This document shows, one piece after another, positions 11,674 to 26,050 of a DNA stretch of 64,000 bases. Position 1 is the stretch's first letter, and every line of letters starts with the position of its first letter. The DNA is from Haliotis rufescens (Eukaryota). Made by a program: the position numbers and the translations under genes. The stretch spans positions 71,052,001 to 71,116,000 of the forward strand of contig NW_025963890.1 of the NCBI RefSeq assembly GCF_023055435.1, given 5' to 3'. A model generated the notes under the pieces. The model made no database searches, was not told where the DNA came from, and saw only the letters and a list, made by a program, of their open reading frames with translations.

Positions 11674-12062
11674 ATGAGAGAAAGAGACAGGCACACAGAT
11701 AGAGAGAGAAGGGAGAGAGAAATAGACAGAGAGAAAGAGGGGGTGAGAGAAAGAGATAGGAATAGAGAGAAAGAGACAGAGATAGGGGGAAAGAGAAGGG
11801 ACAGACAGAGAAAGAGAGACAGTCAGAGAGAANNNNNNNNNNNNNNNNNNNNNNNNNNNNNNNNNNNNNNNNNNNNNNNNNNNNNNNNNNNNNNNNNNNN
11901 NNNNNNNNNNNNNNNNNNNNNNNNNNNNNNNNNNNNNNNNNNNNNNNNNNNNNNNNNNNNNNNNNNNNNNNCAGGCAGACAGACACATACAGACACAGAT
12001 AGACATACACATACATACAGATACTGACATACAGGTAGGTAGGCAGACAGACAGACAGACAC
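11674..12062. repeat. GA/CA-rich compound microsatellite spanning an N-gap
   Basis: Direct inspection. Confidence 0.9.
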
Positions 12063-12080
12063 AAACCGTATTCGCAATAA

Positions 12081-12211
12081 TGAGTGAGTGAGTGCGTGAG
12101 TACGGTTTTACACCGCTTTTAGCAATATTCCAGCAATATCACGGCGGGGGACACCAGAAATGGGCTTCACACATTGTACCCATGTCGGGAATCGAACCCG
12201 GGTCTTCGGCC
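12081..12211 (-). mobile_element. SINE family D, 5'-truncated, with TSD
   Basis: TCGCAATAA at 12072-12080 and 12212-12220; matches 21505-21658. Confidence 0.85.
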
Positions 12212-14376
12212 TCGCAATAAAGCGAGCTATGTCGCTTATTATGACCAAAGACAGCGAGTTAAATTTGTTTTCAAAGATCAAGAGGTAGCCAGTGAACAAA
12301 CTCAGTTCATAAGTTTATGAAACTAAAACGTATTCGATAATAGCAACTGGGCAATCGTATTCCCATTCTGTGATGCTGTTTTCTGTAAATAAAAACCGTA
12401 ATATACACAAGAACATACGGACTGTCGTATGTCGACATTTACAGTCTGAGAAGGGAGCACATATAATGATTACTGTTTATAAGAGCAGGGCGCTTAATAC
12501 GGCGAATACGGTACAGACATACAGACATATATGCATACAGACATACAGACAAGCAGACATGCATGCATACAAAGAGAAGCAGAACCAAACGGCCTCACAC
12601 AGCAATGAATATCCTTAATTGCTACCTACAGTGGCACGACAGCCCACAATAAGTAATATCGCCAACGTGTCAACCGTCTGGGTCCACAATACCGGAAGTA
12701 TCGAGCCGATCTAACCCATCGGCCTTCACCTTGGGGTCAAATCTTAGGAAAGCTGAGGTCACATACAGATTGTGGTTCAAAAGCAAACTTAACGAAATGC
12801 AATGTCTAAACCGTCATTTCAATGATCACATGTCGCTCAAAACATTCGGCACAGACTGAAAAACCCGTTTAAACAGGGCACTATATTCTCCTAATGTCCT
12901 TGGTCGTGGTAACCTTTAGGGGAGGTAACTGTGTCTGTGACTGTGTCAGACAGCTCGAGGGATTAGAAGTAACAGCCTACGCCTTTTAATTCGGTACTAC
13001 ATAAAAACGTTACACAATTCCTTCTTGTCCTTCGTCACATCCGGTGAGGCAACGAGCGCCTCTGGGCCAATCAAAAAACTCAATCCTCTACTTTCAAAAC
13101 AGACAGATTGGAAAATGTTTACCGTCGGTATACAATGGTAATTACCCGCCATTCATTAGAATCTTCCAGACTGTCAATGATGTTGCGTGTCAGTGTATTG
13201 TGAGACAAGACTATCTTTGTTGCACTAGATATGCATCGTTATTCTGACATCTATTGATGTCGGGACAGACGGTCTCACTACTAATGTACTTCACTGTTGA
13301 CAAAAAAATTATCGGAAGGATATATAATAGGCGCACCACTTACTAATTAAACGTGATTATGTTTTCTGACGTACCCCTTACTTGTATAGTTTAGTTAAGA
13401 AGGTTAAACCAGAGTAAGCCAAGCTTTTCTGATGTTATAAAGATAGGGAGATTGCACGCTTGTTGGGGGCGCCTTTGGAATCAGGATCTATATATTGGAA
13501 CTTTATGAAGCTATTAAACTTTATGATATAATGCATATTGTTATTGATTCTATAAACCAATCATATTAACTTGGTATCGCGTTCCGATAAATATGCAAAT
13601 GAAGGAACCTACTTTGTGTTTGTTTGTGTATTTTCTCGCAATCAGCAGTATTCCAACTTTTTGACGGGGGTCTGTAAATATTCGAAGCAATGCCTGCGTC
13701 CTTATAAGTGGACCACCGGTCTCGTGGGGGGACATGAGTTGATGTACCCTCCATGTTAGTTAATCTTCCCAAAGCACGTATGTCTTAAATATGCCTGCTT
13801 TGGTCCGAATCGAGAAGAATACCACAGTTCGGTATTTATGTACTTAGTTCATTGTTCACCATCATCGAAACAGCAAACGATATTAAAAAAGAAAAGAAAC
13901 TTAGAGTTATTCCCCCTGAATCTATTTCATTGGGAAAATGTCGTAAGTATAGGAGAATAGCGTCTTACATCATTAACTCGAGACATACAATTGCGGTTTG
14001 TTTGTTGCAAATGTAATGCCAACGGTTTGCCATTTCGAGCGGGGAACAGAAGAACTGTACCTTACTTGTTAACGGGTTACATGGGAAATAATAAACAATA
14101 GCCATACAAACTGCTGCATCACGTTCCCACAAAGTTAAGATATGGATTTTTTCCGGTGTATGTGTGGCACTATATAATTAATAGACTGGTTTACCCAGCC
14201 ATTGTATTCCTACGCCATCTTTTGTTCTATTGATTGAAAATATGACTTAAACTTAGACTATAGGATAAAGATAGTACTACCCTCGTTATACACTGTAATA
14301 CACTCTACACATATTCTCCATATCTTATTACAGAAGTAATATACAGTAGATATATACATCGTATCGGTTATTATTT

Positions 14377-14380
<4 letters not shown>

Positions 14381-14436
<56 letters not shown>

Positions 14437-14772
14437 AGGGGGACGGGGTGGGGGGGGTGGGTGGGGTGGGGGGTGGGGGTGGGGGGGGTGGGGGGGGGGT
14501 GGTGGGGGGGGGGGGTTAGGCGTTGTCATCTAAGGCGCCATATTTCGCTGTGCAGTTTAGCGTCCCTTGAGCACGCAAGAAAGCTATCTTCGTTCGGGTC
14601 CTGTTTCGCGCTGCTTATGTGTTTAGGTGTATCAGCACCATACCCGTGCTCGTTGATTTCACCAATGTCGTAAACGTCTGAGACGTTCATCACTTCGGGA
14701 TTTCCTCCCACATTAAGCTGACACGCCGTAACTGAAATACCGTTCAAAGCAGAGTTAACCCCAACTCACTAA
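14381..14772 (+). mobile_element. (GT)n and G-rich tract followed by a diverged SINE A copy (~14520-14772)
   Basis: tctaaggcgcc...cctcccacattaagctgacacgcc match. Confidence 0.75.
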
Positions 14773-15858
14773 CCATTTGCATCATATGATATGACCCTGT
14801 AATTGCGACACTCTTGAACAAAAAACAGCGATCTTGTATTTTTCAGCACACATCGGTATCATCTAATTCAATAACCCAACTAGAAAAAACAAAGAAGGAA
14901 TAGTGCTTATCTTCAATCAGTTTTCGGAAATTATTACATTACAAGATATTCCATGTTTCCTAATGCAAAAGTAAATATTTTATACCATTGTTAACATTAA
15001 ACATAAATACTCTGCAAAATCAATAAACGAGTTCTCAACTAAGATAAAAAAAAGTTAAAAAGTACCAAAAAAACTAAGTTAGGCCTGACATGTTTCATTA
15101 TATTCTGCTCGGCTATTCGGCATTTAGCACACACAACCACTTTATCTGTTTTTTTTATACCTGGAATCAGTTTTGGCGACCTCGGGATTTTTCCAATATA
15201 ATTTAAAGTTAATTACAACTATCACGCCTGCGTGTCATTGCTGCTGTACTGGTATATTGATTATCCTTCTTTCTCGGGTAATGCAATAATCAACAATCAC
15301 GCAACGAAAAAACCGCTGTTTTCCTATCATCAAACAAAGAAGACTTAAAGATCCGCCTTTTCTATGATGATTTGGTAATACGGGGCCCGTTCACGGATAC
15401 GTTACTGAGGATAAAGCTGATATAATTAGTTAGGATGCTCGAGAGAGCTGATCAATGATAAGGATGGTTGTCCCGAGAGAGGTATTGTGCAAAGATAAAG
15501 GGACGTTGTTGACGACGTTGTGGACACGGGGGTTGTAGTTGGGGGAGGGAGTGTGGTTTAACGCCAATGTCACGGGATTCCAACAATATCACGTCGACCT
15601 GCAAATGATCGGGTCTAGACAGAAAAAAAAGTGATTGAAGGTATGTGTAATGATCAATGACATCGTATAACGGCTACACGCAATCAGTCATGTCATGAAG
15701 GCTGACCATCTCATTCACTGTTGTGGGCTCTTGTTACAAGATGGGATGCTGAGGACCTAGTCTTCCACTGTGATGTTGACGATGAAGATGATGATGTTGG
15801 CGATAATAAAGAGGAAGACGGAGCTGATAATAACATCTGAAATAATCTTGGGGTATTT

Positions 15859-18800
15859 GTGACAACCTTGGTCCGTCACCGAACATACATAGTGACACCC
15901 TGGGTCCGTCACCGTACATACATAGTGACAACCTGGGTCCGTCACCGTACATACATAGTGACAACCTGGGTCCGTCACCGTACACACATAGTGACACCCC
16001 GGGTCCCTCACCGTATATACATAGTGACACCCTGGGTTGGGTCCGTCACCGTATATTCATAGTGACACCCCGGACCCGTCACCGTACACACATACTGACT
16101 CCCTGGGTCCCTCGCCGTACACACATAGTTACAGCCTGGGCTGGTCACCGTACATACATAGTGACACCCTGGGTCCCTCGCCGTACATACATGGTAACAC
16201 CCTGGGTCCGTCACCGTACATACATAGTGACACCCTGGGTCCCTCGCCGTACATACATGGTAACACCCTGGGTCCGTCACCGTACACACATAGTGACAAC
16301 CTGGGTCCGTCACCGTACATACATAGTGACAACCTGGGTCCGTCACCGTACATACATAGTGACACCCTGGGTCCGTCACCGTACATACATAGTGACACCC
16401 TGGACCCGTCACCGTACATTCATAGTGACAACCTGGACCCGTCACCGTACATACATAGTGACAACTTGGACCCGTCAACGTACATACATAGTGACACCAC
16501 GGGTCCCTCACGGTACTTACATAGTGACAACCTGGGTCCGTCACCGTACACACATAGTGACACCCTGGACCCGTCACCGTACATACATAGTGACAACCTG
16601 GACCCGTCACCGTACATACATAGTGACACCCTGGACCCGTCACCGTACATACATAGTGACACCCTGGACCCGTCACCGTACATACATAGTGACAACCTGG
16701 GTCCGTCACCGTACATACATAGTGACAACCTGGACCCGTCACCGTACATACATAGTGACAACCTGGACCCGTCACCGTACATACATAGTGACAACCTGGA
16801 CCCGTCAACGTACATACATAGTGACTCCCAGGGCCAGTCACCGTACACACATAGTGACACCCTGGGCTGGTCACCGTACATACATAGTGACACCCCGGGT
16901 CCCTCGCCGTACATACATGGTTACACCCTGGGTCCGTCACCGTACAAACATAGTGACACCCCGGACCCGTCACCGTACACACATAGTGACGCCCTGGGCC
17001 AGTCACCGTACATACATAGTGACAACCTGGACCCGTCACCGTACATAAATAGTGACAACCTGAACCCGTCACCGTACATAAATAGTGACAACCTGGACCC
17101 GTCACCGTACACACATAGTGACACCCCGGACCCGTCACCGTACACACATAGTGACACCCCGGACCCGTCACCGTACATACATAGTGACGCCCTGGGCCAG
17201 TCACCGTACATAAATAGTGACAACCTGGACCCGTCACCGTACATACATAGTGACAACCTGGACCCGTCACCGTACATACATAGTGACTCCCAGGGCCAGT
17301 CACCATTCACACATAGTGACACCATGGGCTGGTCACCGTACACACATAGTGACACCCTGGGCCAGTCACCGTACATACATAGTGACTCCCAGGGCCAGTC
17401 ACCGTACACACATAGTGACACCATGGGCTTGTCACCGTACACACATAGTGACACCCTGGGCCAGTCACCGTACATACATAGTGACACCCTTGGCTGGTCA
17501 CCGTACATACATACTGACACCCCGGGTCCCTCGCCGTACATACATAGTTACAGTCTGGGCTGGTCACCGTACACACATAGTGACACCCCGGACCCGTCAC
17601 CGTACACACATAGTAACACCCTGGGCCAGTCACCGTACACACATAGTGACAACCTGGACCTGTCACCGTACATACATAGAGGCTCCCTGGGCTGGTCACC
17701 GTACATACATAGTGACTCCCAGGGCTGGTCACCGTACATACATAGTGACAACCTGGGACCGTCACCGTACATACATAGTGACAACCTGGGCCAGTCACCG
17801 TTCATACATAGTGACAACCTGGACCCGTCACCGTACATAAATAGTGACTCCCATGGCCAGTTACCGTACTTACATAGCGACACCCTGGGCTGGTCACCGT
17901 ACATACATAGTGACTCCCTGGGCTGGTCTGTACATACATAGTGACAACCTGGGTCCCTCGCCGTACATACATAGTGACACCCTGGACCCGTCACCGTACA
18001 TTCATAGTGACAACCTGGACCCGTCAACGTACATACATAGTGACTCCCAGGGCCAGTCACGGTACACACATAGTGCCACCCTGGGCTGATCACCGTACAC
18101 ACATAGTTACACCCTGGGCTGGTCACCATACATACACAGTGACACCCCGGGTCCCTCGCCGTACATACATAGTTACACCCTGGGTCCGTCACCGTACAAA
18201 CATAGTGACACCCCGGACCCGTCACCGTACACACTTAGTGACAACCTGGGCCAGTCACCGTACACACATAGTGACACCCTGGGCTGGTCACCGTACATAC
18301 ATAGTGACACCCCGGGTCCCTCGCCGTACATACATAGCTACACCCTGGGTCCGTCACCGTACAAACATAGTGACACCCCGGACCCGTCACCGTACACACA
18401 TAGTGACACCCTGGGCCAGTCACCGTACATACATAGTGACAACCTGGACCCGTCACCGTACATAAATAGTGACAACCTGGACCCGTCACCGTACATACAT
18501 TGTGACTCCCATGGCCAGTCACCGTTCACACATAGTGACACCCTGGGCTGGTCACCGTACGTACATAGTGACTCCCCGGGTCCCTCGCCGTACATACATA
18601 ATAGTTACACCCTTGGTCCGTCACCGTACAAACATAGTGACACCCTGGGCTGGTCACCGTACATACATAGTGACAACCTGGACCCGTCAACGTACATACA
18701 TAGTGACTCCCAGGGCCAGTCACCGTACACACATAGTTACACCCTGGGCTGGTCACCGTACATACATAGCGACACCCCGGGTCCCTCGCCGTACATACAT

Positions 18801-19397
18801 AGTTACACCCTTGGTCCGTCACCGTACACACATAGTGACACCCCGGACCCGTCACCGTACACACATGGTGACACCCTGGGGCCAGTCACCGTACATACAT
18901 AGTGACAACCTGGACCCGTCACCGTACACACATAGTGACACCCCGGACCCGTCACCGTACACACATAGTGACAACCTGGACCCGTCACCGTACATACATA
19001 GAGGCTCCCTGGGCTGGTCACCGTACATACATAGTGACAACCTGGGACCGTCACCGTACATACATAGTGACACCCTGGGCCAGTCACCGTACATACATAG
19101 TGACACCCTAGGTTCGTCACCGTATCTACATAGTGACACCCTGGGCCAGTCACCGTACATACATAGTGACACCTTAGGTTCGTCACCGTATATACATAGT
19201 GACACCCTGGGTCAGTCCACGTACATACATGGTGACTCCCTGGGCTCGTCACCGTACATACATAGTGACACCCTAGGTTCGTCACCGTATATACATAGTG
19301 ACTCCCTGGGCTCGTCACCGTACATACATAGTGAGACCCTGGGCTGGTCACCGTACATACATACTGACACCCCGGACCCGTCACCGTACATACATAG
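15859..19397. repeat. 33-bp satellite (CATAGTGACACCCTGGGTCCGTCACCGTACATA), about 107 copies
   Basis: 11-aa periodicity in every overlapping ORF; direct inspection. Confidence 0.97.
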
Positions 19398-19556
19398 TCC
19401 ATTCTGGGCCTTGTCATGTTACTGCTTCTGCTACTTATAATAATAATTACGATGATTATGGCCTGGCTAGTATGGAGGGTGAAGCTCTTCGAACCCACAT
19501 TGTCACACAGCAGCATGTCGAGAGGTGTGAGAAGAGGCATTGTCATGAAGTAGTAT

Positions 19557-20891
19557 TACTCCAGCAGTAAGCATTCCTCGCCGAAATCAGCATAGTAGGC
19601 ATCCGTAATCGTATTTTGACTTTCTAAGTAATCAACAAGAATCACACCCTTTGCATCCCAGAATACAGTGGCCATAACTTTCTTCACTGATCTTGAAGAC
19701 TTGAATTTCCTTGGTGACGGATAGGTTGAATGGTACCATTCCATGGATAGACGTTTTGTCTCGGGATCATAGTGGTAGATCTATGATTCATCACCTGTAA
19801 CTAATCTGTTTTTGAATTTGACGAAATCCTCAATTAGCTCTAAGATCAGACTCAGAAACTTTGGCAACCAACGAGAAGATATTTTTTTTCAGCTGTAAGT
19901 GTTCATGAATAATAGTTTCAATGTATCCTTGGCTTAGACCTGTGCCTTTCTCAATTTCAACAATGGTAAAACGTCTATCTGACAATATAAGGTTTTCTAT
20001 CTTCTTGATTAAATCTTCATTGATGGAAGTTGAGGGACGTCCAGACCTAGGGTCATCATCAAGGCTTGTTCTCCCAGCCTTAAACATAGCTGCCCATCGT
20101 TTAACGGTGGAATAGCTGGGGCACTTATCCCCAAACACTTGTGACATGCGGTCATGAGTTTCTTGGGTAGTACTTGTCTCTAAGTCAAAAACTTGATGAC
20201 TGCTCGATACCCGTTGATTTCCATTTCTGTGTCCATTTGGACCCCTGTCACGTTCAACTGACTGTCACTAATATACAAACGGCCCCAACAGACCAAATAC
20301 ACTTGCAATGAACAACTCAAACAATGTACTACATTGCCAAGTTCACTTTGTNNNNNNNNNNNNNNNNNNNNNNNNNNNNNNNNNNNNNNNNNNNNNNNNN
20401 NNNNNNNNNNNNNNNNNNNNNNNNNNNNNNNNNNNNNNNNNNNNNNNNNNNNNNNNNNNNNNNNNNNNNNNNNNNNNNNNNNNNNNNNNNNNNNNNNNNN
20501 NNNNNNNNNNNNNNNNNNNNNNNNNNNNNNNNNNNNNNNNNNNNNNNNNNNNNNNNNNNNNNNNNNNNNNNNNNNNNNNNNNNNNNNNNNNNNNNNNNNN
20601 NNNNNNNNNNNNNNNNNNNNNNNNNNNNNNNNNNNNNNNNNNNNNNNNNNNNNNNNNNNNNNNNNNNNNNNNNNNNNNNNNNNNNNNNNNNNNNNNNNNN
20701 NNNNNNNNNNNNNNNNNNNNNNNNNNNNNNNNNNNNNNNNNNNNNNNNNNNNNNNNNNNNNNNNNNNNNNNNNNNNNNNNNNNNNNNNNNNNNNNNNNNN
20801 NNNNNNNNNNNNNNNNNNNNNNNNNNNNNNNNNNNNNNNNNNNNNNNNNNNNNNNNNNNNNNAGAAAGTTAGAACATTTTAACCATCCCTC
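19557..20891 (-). mobile_element. Decayed mariner transposon, 3'-truncated, with N-gap
   Basis: MEINGYRAVIK start (20224), PSYSTVKRWAAMFKAG...DDPRSGRPST HTH region, KKVMATVFWDAKGVILVDYL; TA|CGAGGG terminus at ~20893. Confidence 0.9.
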
Positions 20892-21504
20892 GTACCTGCA
20901 CCTGCAAATGTACGATACATTCTGTACAGACTATTATACATGTCGACACGTGACGCCATGAGCCAGCGTTTGTTGAGACCAAGGCCGCTGACGACGTCTA
21001 ATTCAGGTCTTTTTCTCGCCTGAGTGAGGAAATCAAAATGGCCGCTGATTGCATAAGTTCGTTAGGCGACAAAAGTTTATTTGTTGTCACTGATTTTCTC
21101 GAGCAAATTGACGGATCGTTGAGACACAACTGGTTTTTGTTGTTGAATCTGCAGCCTAATTCCGTTTAAATGCGTGCGTGCGTTAAGAAAGAGATTTTAT
21201 TTTGCAACGCTGTCATCGTGATATTCTGCCTCTCTCCTTCCATGTGGTGAGGAAATTAATTTCATATCAGGAAACTGTTACATAAGGAATAACTTGATTC
21301 GATCTGACAATCAATGTTTCACTGCGGTTCGTTACTGACACGTGTATGGGAGTCACCAGTGTCACGTCCTTGTGCCACGAACGTGTGTCGCGTTGTTTGT
21401 GTCACATGTTGTGTCTCGCCCTTGTCACGTTGTTGTATCGAAGTGTTGTGTCTCCTTCTTGTGTCAAGTCCTTGCGCCACGAAGCTGTGTTACAGTGTTG
21501 AGTT

Positions 21505-21658
21505 GGGGCGGTCGGGTAGCCTAGTGGTTAAAGCGTTCGCTCCTCACGCCGAAGACCTGGGTTCGAATCTCGACATGGGTACAATGTGTAAAGCCCATTT
21601 CTTGTGTCCCCCGCCGTGATATAGCTGGAAAGCGGCGTAAAACCATACTCACTCACTC
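21505..21658 (+). mobile_element. SINE family D (tRNA-Asp-like head); other copies at ~32430-32565 and ~38894-38996
   Basis: GTAGCCTAGTGGTTAAAGCG A box, GGTTCGAATC B box, tail ccgccgtgatatagctggaa...gcggcgtaaaacc(ACTC)n. Confidence 0.85.
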
Positions 21659-22515
21659 AATGTTGTGTCACCTACTTGTGTCAAGTCCTTGCGCCACGAA
21701 GTTGTGTCACGCCCTTGTCACGTTGTATATCACATTGTTGTGACCGAGTGTCGTTCCAATATGAAAATGGTTCTTTTATTACAATACTGTAACCATGTAC
21801 GCGGTTTTGAAAAATTAATTGTGATGGTGAGTCTTTTGTCTTTTTCCTGGACGGGCATTTATTGTAAGCAGACTGTTGACTTATTCTATCTCTGCATTGG
21901 TGTCCAACGTAATAAAGCGATTCCTTGGAATCAAACAGACTTGTATAAACTGTGCGGATATATCCCATCTGGGGCCTCATACCTTCCAATAAATCAAACG
22001 TTGAACATGTAGGGTCGACAGGAACATTCTGTTGACTTTTTTCACCAAGGTATGCGAGAAGATGACGTCATTTCCGGTTTCCCTGTAGGCCTGTGGTGTG
22101 CTGATGAGATATGTAGCATTGAGAACACTCTCTCCGCACCTACTGCCAACAGTTCCTCTCTGAGATTGGTGCCATGTAAATGCATCAGTTCCAGGAAGTG
22201 CTGCCAGCGGGCGCCAAACCTGGTCCAACTTCCGATGTGATCTTCTCTGTGGGAAAGAAACGTGCATCACTTTGCACGATCGAAATCCTGTTTCCGCATT
22301 CAAATCCTCTCACGTTTTATCGCTATGTTTTTGTTGATGACTTAGACGTATCTATTAGAGTGCCGGAGTCTCTTCTATAAATATTATAATACATCGTCTG
22401 TGTGAATACACTATTGTTTCTGAGACAGGTGAGCATTTACACAAGCTTTTCACTGGCTCGTATTCATCGTATGATAACCTTGTAACCCTTTTGATACGGT
22501 TTATCGTTTAAACTG

Positions 22516-22797
22516 AGGTGAGGTGAAATTAGGTTTAACGTGTGTGTGTGGCTGCTTGTACTAGTTTGGACTAGTTCACTGAGATACCATGCCGCAGTTT
22601 AACATGAATACCCCACTTAGACACAGTATACTTACTGCGAGGCGACCAGTCCTTGTTTAGCTCCTAATGCCGAGCGCCAGACAGGGTAACAACAAGTACC
22701 ATCTTTTAACGACTTTTGGTGTGACGCGGCCGGGAATAGGACCCCGGACCTTCCGCTCTCCGGGCGGACGCTCTACCATTAGACCACGGAGCCTGTC
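22516..22797 (-). mobile_element. SINE family C (tRNA head, Meta-domain-like body); other copies at 29738-30096, ~52285-52665, ~28470-28555, ~44340-44500
   Basis: Head gtggtctaatggtagagcg...; body aagatggtacttgttgttaccctgtctggcgctcggcatt resembles the Meta domain as recalled (not verified); tail gttaaacctaatttcacctcacctc. Confidence 0.8.
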
Positions 22798-22835
22798 GTA
22801 TCGCATAAGACTGAATTTCTCGAAACTGCAATCTA

Positions 22836-24314
22836 AACTGACGGGCAAAAGAAACTATACCAACATTGATTTGGTGTTGACAACATTATCAAATATATCA
22901 AAAAAATAAACTGTTGCGAGTTGGAAAGAAAATTTATCTGACAATGTTCTGATTCAAATTCCACAAAGGTGGCATTTACAGGAACTTCAATATCAGGTAA
23001 GGAATGACACAGGGGTAAACAAATCATCTGAAAGAAAACAGAAAACGCATTTTTTTCACAAATGCATTACTGTCAGTATCTTGTATGGCCTCCATTGCTC
23101 TGAATACAGGCTTGGACACGTCGCCGCACGGAGTTAACAAGATCCCTGATGACGTCATTGGGGATGGCTCGCCATTCTTCCAACAGTGCCTGAATCAACG
23201 TTTGACGACTTGACGGAGGGGGATTTCTTTCCCTTATTTGTCTGTCCAGATAGTCCCACAAGTGCTCAATGGGTGTTAAGTCAGGCGATCTTACTGGCCA
23301 TTGCAAAAGGTTTACATTATTTGCAGTTAGGAAGTCTCTGGTGATCCTGGCGGTGTGGGGGCGAGCGTTGTCCTGTACGAAGATTACTCTGGGATTCTTC
23401 TTGGGGAAGGGAAGCACCACAGGACGCAATACATGGTCGATGTAGACTTGAGCATTTAAATTACGGTCAAAGACAACCAGGTCTGTTGTACGGTTCCTGC
23501 AAATCCCACCCCAGACCATGACGCTTCCACCACCGAATGGCACGGTCTCCTGAACACAACATTGGGCTGTTCTCTCTCCCCTCCGACGATACAAACGCAC
23601 ACGGCCATCAGCTCGATACAACTGGAACCTGCTCTAATCGGAGAATAGAATTCGTTGCCAGTTCCTGTTTTGCCACCGCTGTACCATTCTTGCCCAATGG
23701 AGGCGGTTACGTCGGTCACGACGGCTCAAGGTCATCCCGCGAAAGGGCCGGTAGGCCCGAATACCGTGTTGTCGAAGACGCCTGGCAACTGTCCTTCTGC
23801 TGACCACATGATGTAAGGCTGTGGCTGCCGATGACGTCACAGTGACGAAACGATTGCGTAGATGTAAGATGCGGAGGTACCGATCTTCATTGTACGACCT
23901 GTTTGTGTGAGTCGTGTCTGCAGCCTCGTTATCGTTGTTCTGGTGCAGTTGAAGATGCGAGCAACATGGGCATGGCGTGCTCCCAACTGCAACATCCCAA
24001 TTGCTCTCTCTCGCTCTTGTGCGGTCAGTCTCGGCATGTCAGCTGTTGTGGTCGGTACGATTGTGGTGTAAAACATACAGATTGGCGGATTTTATGCCGT
24101 TCCGAGCCATTTTGTCGTGATGCACGTGCATCACATTTTGAATGAAAAAAGTTGGATAAACTCCATATTCGGGAAGAAGCAGGATTTTTAAAACTCAGTA
24201 ATGATGAAGCTGCGTTCATGCGATTTTGTTTGACAATGAAAACTCCAGTTCAGTGCTGATGTGATATTTTTTAAATAAAAAATACTTTGGTATAGTTTCT
24301 TTTACCCGTCAGTT
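22836..24314 (-). mobile_element. Full-length Tc1-family transposon (1479 bp) with disrupted DD34E transposase (24037-23073)
   Basis: About 28-bp TIRs aactgacggg(c/t)aaaagaaactatacc with TA TSDs; MPRLTAQERERAIGML, FGGGSVMVWGGI, QDNARPH, SPDLTPIEHLW, GGHTRY; frameshifts and stop. Confidence 0.95.
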
Positions 24315-24699
24315 TATGTTTCACATTTACTGGGTATAGCTCCAACTACCTGCACAGATGCACATTGTGTGTTATCAGATTTGGGGGTCTTGTTGATTTT
24401 TCGATGCCTGGACATTTCGTTTGGAACCGTCAGGTTAAACGGAGATACAAAGGAAGAATGTTCCTCTCATCGAATACATAATAACACCCGCCAATCTGAA
24501 AGAAACAGTGTTTATCGTCATTGTAAATACGAAGCGTTTTAGATGATTTGCCTTTGCATTCTCTGCTCTATTTGTACGTAACGGTTGGTAAATTCACATC
24601 ACATCACTCTGGAATAAAATTGCGTCATACTCCAGTGACGCTGTAGTACTACCGTTACCGCTGTCAACACTATCACCACTCTCGCACCTCTACTACCTC

Positions 24700-25400
24700 T
24701 AACACGGAAATAGTTACATGTTCTGTTGTAGTTACATTCTCTGACACAGAAATAGTCATATATTATGTTCTTCTGTAGTATATTTCTCTCCGACGAAAAT
24801 ATTCGTATGTTCTTCTGTAGTATATTTCTCTCCGACGAAAATATTCGTATGTTCTTCTGTAGTATAATTCTCTCCGACGAAAATATTCGTTTGTTCTTCT
24901 GTAGTATATTTCTCTCCGACGAAAATATTCGTATGTTCTTCTGTAGTATAATTCTCTCCGACGAAAATATTCATATGTTCTTCTGTAGAATATTTCTCTC
25001 CGACGAAAATATTCGTATGTTCTTCTGTAGTATAATTCTCTCCGACGGAAATATGCATATGTTCTTCTGTAGTATAATTCTCTATGGCTAAAATATTCGT
25101 ATGTTCTTCTGTAGTATAATTCTCTCCGACGAAAATATTCGTATGTTCTTCTGTAGTATAATTCTCTCCGACGAAAATATGCATATGTTCTTCTGTAGTA
25201 TAATTCATTACGGCGAAAATATTCGTATGGTCTTCTGTAGTATAATTCTCTCCGACGAAAATATTCGTATGTTCTTCTGTAGTATAATTCTCTCCGACGA
25301 AAATATTCGTATGTTCTTCTGTAGTATAATTCTCTCCGAAGAAAATATTCGTATGTTCTTCTGTAGTATATTTCTCTCAGACGGAAATATTCGTATGTTC
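24700..25400. repeat. 42-bp minisatellite, about 16 copies
   Basis: TATGTTCTTCTGTAGTATAATTCTCTCCGACGAAAATATTCG periodicity. Confidence 0.95.
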
Positions 25401-25877
25401 AGTGTTCCCGTTTACTAGTAATTGCCAGTTTTTGTAAAGTTAGGCCTGGACCGGCCAAACATGTGATTGTCAGTCCCTGTTGTCCAGCAAATAAAGTACC
25501 TTCTTAATCTTTTTGTTGAACAAAACATCTGCTTATAATCCAATATGTATATTTTTCGAACGAAATCGCGACGCCTTTTATCATCAGGGTTTTCCGTTGT
25601 CTATTTGTAGTGAAAGGAAAAAATAGCTTTGCTTCAAGGTTATATATCTATTTGTAATGACTTAGTCTCGACCCAAAGTGAAACATTCCGAAAAAAGTTA
25701 AGATAGTGGCTGAACTGTGTGTGAATGACGTGTAGATTTAAATAAGTTACTTCAGAGATGACGTCACTGAAATTGGCAGCCATGAACACACACTGCATTC
25801 GACATCATGTTGAAAGTAGTAAAACCAGGTACATTTTCATACGCTTGTTTTATTTGTTAGTTGAGAAGGATAAAAAA

Positions 25878-26050
25878 TGCCCCGATTAGGTTTCTAGGTT
25901 TGTCAGCACCATACCCGTGCTCGTGGGTTTCACCGAAGTGGGAAACGTCTAAGACCTGCATCACTTCGGGCATTCCTCCCGCATTAAGCTGACACGCCGT
26001 GATGTAACTGGAATACTGTTAAAAGCGGCGTTAAACACAACTCACTCACT
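25878..26050 (+). mobile_element. 5'-truncated SINE family A
   Basis: Body and tail match; GATAAAAA on both flanks. Confidence 0.8.

Noticed and set aside
15859-19397. CRISPR-like array (palindromic ~33-bp repeats)
   Set aside because: No unique spacers, no cas genes, eukaryotic context.
16008-19546. Long ORFs with Cys/His 'zinc-finger-like' or Pro/Ser repeats
   Set aside because: Open in several frames on both strands because the 33-bp unit lacks stops; no gene structure.
21505-21580. tRNA genes here and at 5893, 9314, 22720 and 38894
   Set aside because: All are SINE heads continuing into shared bodies and tails, some with TSDs.
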